This document shows positions 59,001-64,000 of a stretch of 64,000 nucleotides of DNA, piece by piece (position 1 is the first letter of the stretch; each line of letters starts with the position of its first letter). The notes beneath the pieces are model-generated. The model did not search any database. It was given only the letters and a program-made list of their open reading frames with translations, and was not told the origin of the DNA. A program made the position numbers and the translations under genes. This DNA is from the human T2T-CHM13v2.0 reference genome, Homo sapiens, in assembly GCF_009914755.1 (NCBI RefSeq), contig NC_060947.1. The stretch is one strand, 5' to 3'.

Positions 59001-61165
59001 TGGCTGTATTGCATAGGTTTTGGTAGGTGTTTTGTCATTATCTTTTGCTTAAAGAAAGTTTTAATTTTTTTTCTTAATTTCTTCATTGATCCACTGATCA
59101 CTCAGCAGCATATTGTCTAATTTTTGTGTATTTGTATACTTTCCAAAATTCCTCATGTTATTAATTTTTAGTTATATTTCATTGTGGCCAGTGCAGATGC
59201 TTGGTAATATTTCATTTTTAAAACATATTTTAAGATTTGTTTTTAAAAAAATATAGTCTATCCTTGATAATGATCCTTGTGCTGAGGAAAATAATGCTTA
59301 TTTTGAAGATGTCGGATGGAATGCTCTGTAAATATCTATTAGATCAATTTGGCCTATAATGTAGATTTCTCTTTGTTGATTTTCTGTCTGGAAGATCTTT
59401 CCAATGCTAAGGGTAAAGTGTTGAAGTCTCCAGCTGTTATTGTATTGGGACCTATCTCTCTCTCAGCTCTAACAGTATTTGTTTTATATATCTGGGTATT
59501 CCAGTGTTGGGTGCATATATATTTAAATTTGTTATATCTTCTTACTGAAGTGACCTTCTTTGTCTCTTCTTATAGTTTTTGTCTTGAATTACATTTTGTC
59601 TGCTATAAGTATAGCAACTCATGCTCTTCTTTGGTTTCCATTGGCATGGAACATCTTTTTCCATGCCTCTATTTTAAATATATGTGTGTCTTTATAGGTG
59701 AAGTGTGTTTCTTGTGGAAAACAAATTATTGGGTCTTGTTTCTTCATACATTTAACCAGTCTATGCCTTTTGATTGGACAATTTAGTCCATTTACATTCA
59801 ATGTTGTTATTGGTAAGTCAGAACTTACTCCTGCCATTTTGTTATGTGTTTTCTGGCTGTTTTGTTGTCATTTCTTTCTTCTTTCACTCCTTTCTGTCTT
59901 CCTTTTAGTGGAGTTGATTTTTCTCTGGTGATATGTTTTAGTTTCTTGCTTTTTATTTTTTGTGCCCTCATTGCATGTTTTTTTGGTTTGAGTTTGCCAT
60001 ACTGCTTGCAAATATTATTTTATAACCCTGTATTTTAATCTTACAACAACACTCTTTGCATAACCAAACAAGCAGAAAGAAAAATACTAAAAATTTTATT
60101 TCTTAAGTTTGCTTTCCCTCTTTGTATCTTTTTGTTGTTTCTATTTATATCTTATTGTATTGACTATGTCTTGAAAAGATTTTGTAGTCATTAGTTTTGA
60201 TTTGTTCACTGTTTAGTCTTTGTATTTAGGACAAGAGTAACTTACACACCACAGTTCTAGTGTTAGAATATTTTGTGTTTTTCTGTGTACTTTCTATTAC
60301 TAGTGAGTTTTGTACCTTCGGGTGATTACTTATTATTCATCAATGTCCTTTCCTTTCTGATTGAAGCACTTCCTTTAGCATTTATTGTACAATAGGTCTG
60401 GTGTTGATGAAATCCTTCAGCTTTTGTTTGAGAAACTCTTTATTTCTCCTTCATGTTTTAAGTATATTTTCACCAGATGTACGATTCTAGGGTAAAATAT
60501 TTTTCCCTTAGCACTTTAAATATGTCATTCCACTCTCCTGTCCTGTAAGGTTTCCACTAAAAAGTCTGCTGCTAGATGTATTAAAGCTTTATTGTATGTG
60601 TGCGTGTTTTTTTTTTTTTTTCTCTAGCTGCTTTTAGGATTCCTTTTTTATCCTTGACCTTTGGTAGTTTGCTTATTAAATGCCTTGAGGTAGCCTTTTT
60701 TGGGTTAAATCTGCTTGGTGTTCTATAACCTTCTTGTACTTAAATATTGATACCTTTCCATAGGTTTCAGAAGTTCTGTGTTATTATCCCTTTGAATAAA
60801 GTTTATATACCTATCTCTTTCTCTATCTCATCTTTAAGGCCAATAACTCTTAAATTTGCTTTTCTGAGGCTATTTTCTAGATCATGTAGGAATGCTTCGT
60901 TATTTTGTTGCCGTTGTGTTTTCTGACTGTGTATTTTTAAATAGCCTATCTTCAAGGTAACTAATGCTTTCTTCTGCTTGACCAATTCTGCTATTTAAAA
61001 ACTCTGATGCATTCCTCAGTATGCCAATTTCATTTTTCAGCTCCAAAATGTCTGTATGATTTTTTTAATATTTCGATCTTTTTGTTAAATTTATTTGAGA
61101 GTATTCTGAATTCTTTCTCTGTATTATCTTGAATTTATTTTTGTTTCCTTAACACAGCTATTTTC
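56070..61165 (-). mobile_element. L1MA-like element (ORF1 to ORF2), split by an MST LTR
   Basis: ORF2 start MAGVSSDLPITTLNVNGLNCPIKRHRL (59837), ORF1 coiled-coil remnant (60803-60985), ORF2 peptides at 56385-57088. Confidence 0.92.
57571..57962 (+). mobile_element. MST-type (MSTA-like) solo LTR nested in L1
   Basis: tgatatgatttggctgtgtcc...gagaatggactaataca; 5-bp TSD atggc. Confidence 0.93.
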
Positions 61166-61199
61166 CTTCCCTGGTTTTAATTGAGAATTTTTAAGTCTG

Positions 61200-61550
61200 T
61201 CTCCCTCCCCTCTTAGCATATGAATTATATTTTTAAAAAACTAATTTTAGTTGTTCTGAGTTTGCAATATGCATTCACATCTAATCAAAGTTCACATCTA
61301 ATCAAAGTCCTCTTGCAAATAACACTATACCACTTCATGGGTAATGTAAGCATAATAGTAGAGTATTTCTAATTTCTCTCACCAGTCATTTACATCATTT
61401 TGTTATTTGTTTACTTATTTGTAAGTTATACTCCCTGAATACCTTGTTGCTATCACTATTTTGACCACATTTTTATCTGTTAAATCAATTAAGAATAAGG
61501 AAGTAAAATATTTACTTTTACCTTCATTTATTTCTTTTCTAATGCTGTTC

Positions 61551-61609
<59 letters not shown>

Positions 61610-62055
61610 GGGTTTTTAAGCTTTGTTATTTTCTTCCTCAATAACTCATTTTCACATTACTTGCAAGACAAGTCTACTGTGACAAAGTCCGTCATTTATT
61701 TTTGTCTGAGAAATTATACTTTTCCTTCAATTATGAAAAATAAATTTCACTGTATTCAGAATTCTAAGTTGCCGAGGATTTTTTCAACACTTTAAATATT
61801 TCTCGCTACACTTTTCTTGTTCTCATGTTTTGTAAAAATAAGTCTGCGGTAATTCTCTAAATAAGGTGTGCACCAGGCCTTATGGCTTTTTTTCAAGCCA
61901 TTCTCTTTGTCTTTGATTTTGTGTACCTTGAATATTGTATACCTAGAAGTTGATGTTTTTGGTATTTATCCTGCTTGGTGTCCTCTGAGTTTCCTGTTTC
62001 TGTGTTTTTTTAATCTATCATTAATTATGCAGAATTATCAGTCATTATTGCTCTA
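61200..62055 (-). mobile_element. Older L1M ORF1/spacer fragment
   Basis: tttgtctgagaaattatacttttccttcaatt...tattcagaattctaagtt; ggtatttatcctgcttggtgtcctctgag. Confidence 0.65.
61555..61607. repeat. (TA)26 microsatellite
   Basis: Direct reading. Confidence 0.97.
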
Positions 62056-64000
62056 TTTTTATTTTTTCTTTATTTTATTTTATTTTATTATTATTATACT
62101 TTAAGTTTTAGAGTACATGTGCACAACGTGCAGCTTTGTTACGTATGTATACATGTGGCATGTTAGTGAGCTGCACCCATTAACTCGTCATTTAGCATTA
62201 GGTATATCTCCTAATGCTATCCCTCCCCCCCTCCCTCCACCCCACAACCGTCCCCTGTGTGATGTTCCCCTTCCTGTGACCATGTGCTCTCATTGTTGAA
62301 TTCCCAGCTATGAGTGAGAAGATGCGGTGTTTGGTTTTTTGTTCTTGCGATAGTTTGCTGAGAATGATGGTTTCCAGTTTCATCCATGTCCCTACAAAGG
62401 ACATGAACTCACCATTTTTTATGGCTGCATAGTGTTCCATGATGTATATGTGCCACATTTTCTTAATCCAGTCTATCGTTGTTGGACATTTAGGTTGGTT
62501 CCAAGTCTTTGCTATTGTGAATAGTGCCGCTATAAACATACATGTGCATGTGTCTTTATAGCAGCATGATTTATAATCCTTTGGGTATATACCCAGTAAT
62601 GGGATGGCTGGGTCAAATGGTATTTCTAGTTCTAGATCCGTGAGGAATCACCACACCGACTTCCACAGTGGTTGAACTAGTTTACAGTCCCACCAACAGT
62701 GTAAAAGTGTTCCTATTTCTCCACATCCTCTCCAGCACCTGTTGTTTCCTGACTTTTTAATGATTGCCATTCTAACTGGTGTGAGATGGTATCTCATTGT
62801 GGTTTTGATTTGCATTTCTCTGATGGCCAGTGATGACGAGCATTTTTTCATGTGTTTTTTAGCTGCATAAATGTCTTCTTTTGAGAAGTGTCTATTCATA
62901 TCCTTCGCCCACTTGTTGATGGGGTTGTTTTTTTCTTGTAAATTTGTTTGAGTTCATTGTAGATTCTAGATATTAGCCCTTTGTCAGATGAGTAGGTTGC
63001 AAAAATTTTCTCCCATTCTGTAGGTTGCCTATTCACTCTGATGGTAGTTTCTTTTGCTGTGCAGAAGCTCTTTAGTTTAATTAGATCCCATTTGTCAATT
63101 TTGGCTTTTGTCGCCATTGCTTTTGGTGTTTTAGACATGAAGTCCTTGCCCATGCCTATGTCCTGAATGGTATTGCCTATGTTTTCTTCTAGGGTTTTTA
63201 TGGTTTTAGGTCTAACATTTAAGTCTTTAAACCATCTTGAATTAATTTTTGTATAACGTGAAAGAAGGGATCCAGTTTCAGCTTTCTATATATGGCTAGC
63301 CAGTTTTCCAAGCACCATTTATTAAATAGGGAATCCTTTCCCCATTGCTTGTTTTTGTCAGGTTTGTCAAAGATCAGATAGTTGTAGATATGCGGCATTA
63401 TTTCTGAGGGCTCTGTTCGGTTCCATTGATCTATATCTCTGTTTTGGTACCAGTACCATGCTGTTTTGGTTACTGTAGACTTGTAGTATAGTTTGAAGTC
63501 AGGTAGCGTGATGCCTCCAGCTTTGTTCTTTTGGCTTAGGATTGACTTGGCAATGCGGGCTCTTTTTTGGTTCCCTATGAACTTTAAAGTAGTTTTTTCC
63601 AGTTCTGTGAAGATCATTGGTAGCTTGATGGGGATGGCATTGAATCTATAAATTACCCTGGACAGTATGGCCATTTTCACGATATTGATTCTTCCTACCC
63701 ATGAACATGGAATGTTCTTCCATTTGGTAGTATCCTCTTTTATTTCATTGAGCAGTGGTTTGTAGTTCTCCTTGAAGAGGTCCTTCAACTCCCTTGTAAG
63801 TTGGATTCCTAAGTATTTTATTCTCTTTGAAGCAATTGTGAATGGGAGTTGACTCATGATTTGCCTCTCTGTTTGTCTGTTATTGGTGTATAAGAATGCT
63901 TGTGATTTGGGTACGCTGATTTTGTATCCTGAGACTTTGCTGAAGTTGTTTATCAGCTTGAGGAGATTTTGGGCTGTGATGATGGGGTTTTCTAGATATA
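62056..64000 (-). mobile_element. Young L1PA (about L1PA3-5) 3' part, continues past the window end
   Basis: Near-consensus ORF2 C-terminal peptides (62198-63857) with frameshifts; 3' UTR and T-rich tail at 62056-62100. Confidence 0.97.

Noticed and set aside
61274-61307. 17-bp tandem duplication ttcacatctaatcaaag; similar short duplications at ~10419-10443 and ~24476-24523
   Set aside because: Ordinary slippage duplications with two copies only; not arrays

Overview
AT-rich primate (human-like) genomic DNA with no CpG island and no intact protein-coding gene that I can recognise. Well over half the window is interspersed repeats: L1 fragments of many ages (two young L1PA 3' ends, L1PB, L1MA/MB/ME), six Alus, a complete THE1 MaLR provirus, several MaLR and ERV1 solo LTRs, L2/MIR, hAT DNA transposons and microsatellites. 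Nearly all long ORFs in the track derive from these repeats. A 5'-truncated GAPDH processed pseudogene sits inside an LTR that is itself inside an L1. The most interesting signal is in the unique sequence between repeats: a series of minus-strand exon-like segments from about 53.8 kb down to 8.4 kb. Many have AG/GT boundaries, several join in the correct phase, and they translate into a protein with weak internal repeats but scattered stops and frameshifts. This looks like a decayed multi-exon gene (candidate unitary pseudogene) that I cannot name. Repeat subfamily names come from recalled consensus sequences and are approximate.
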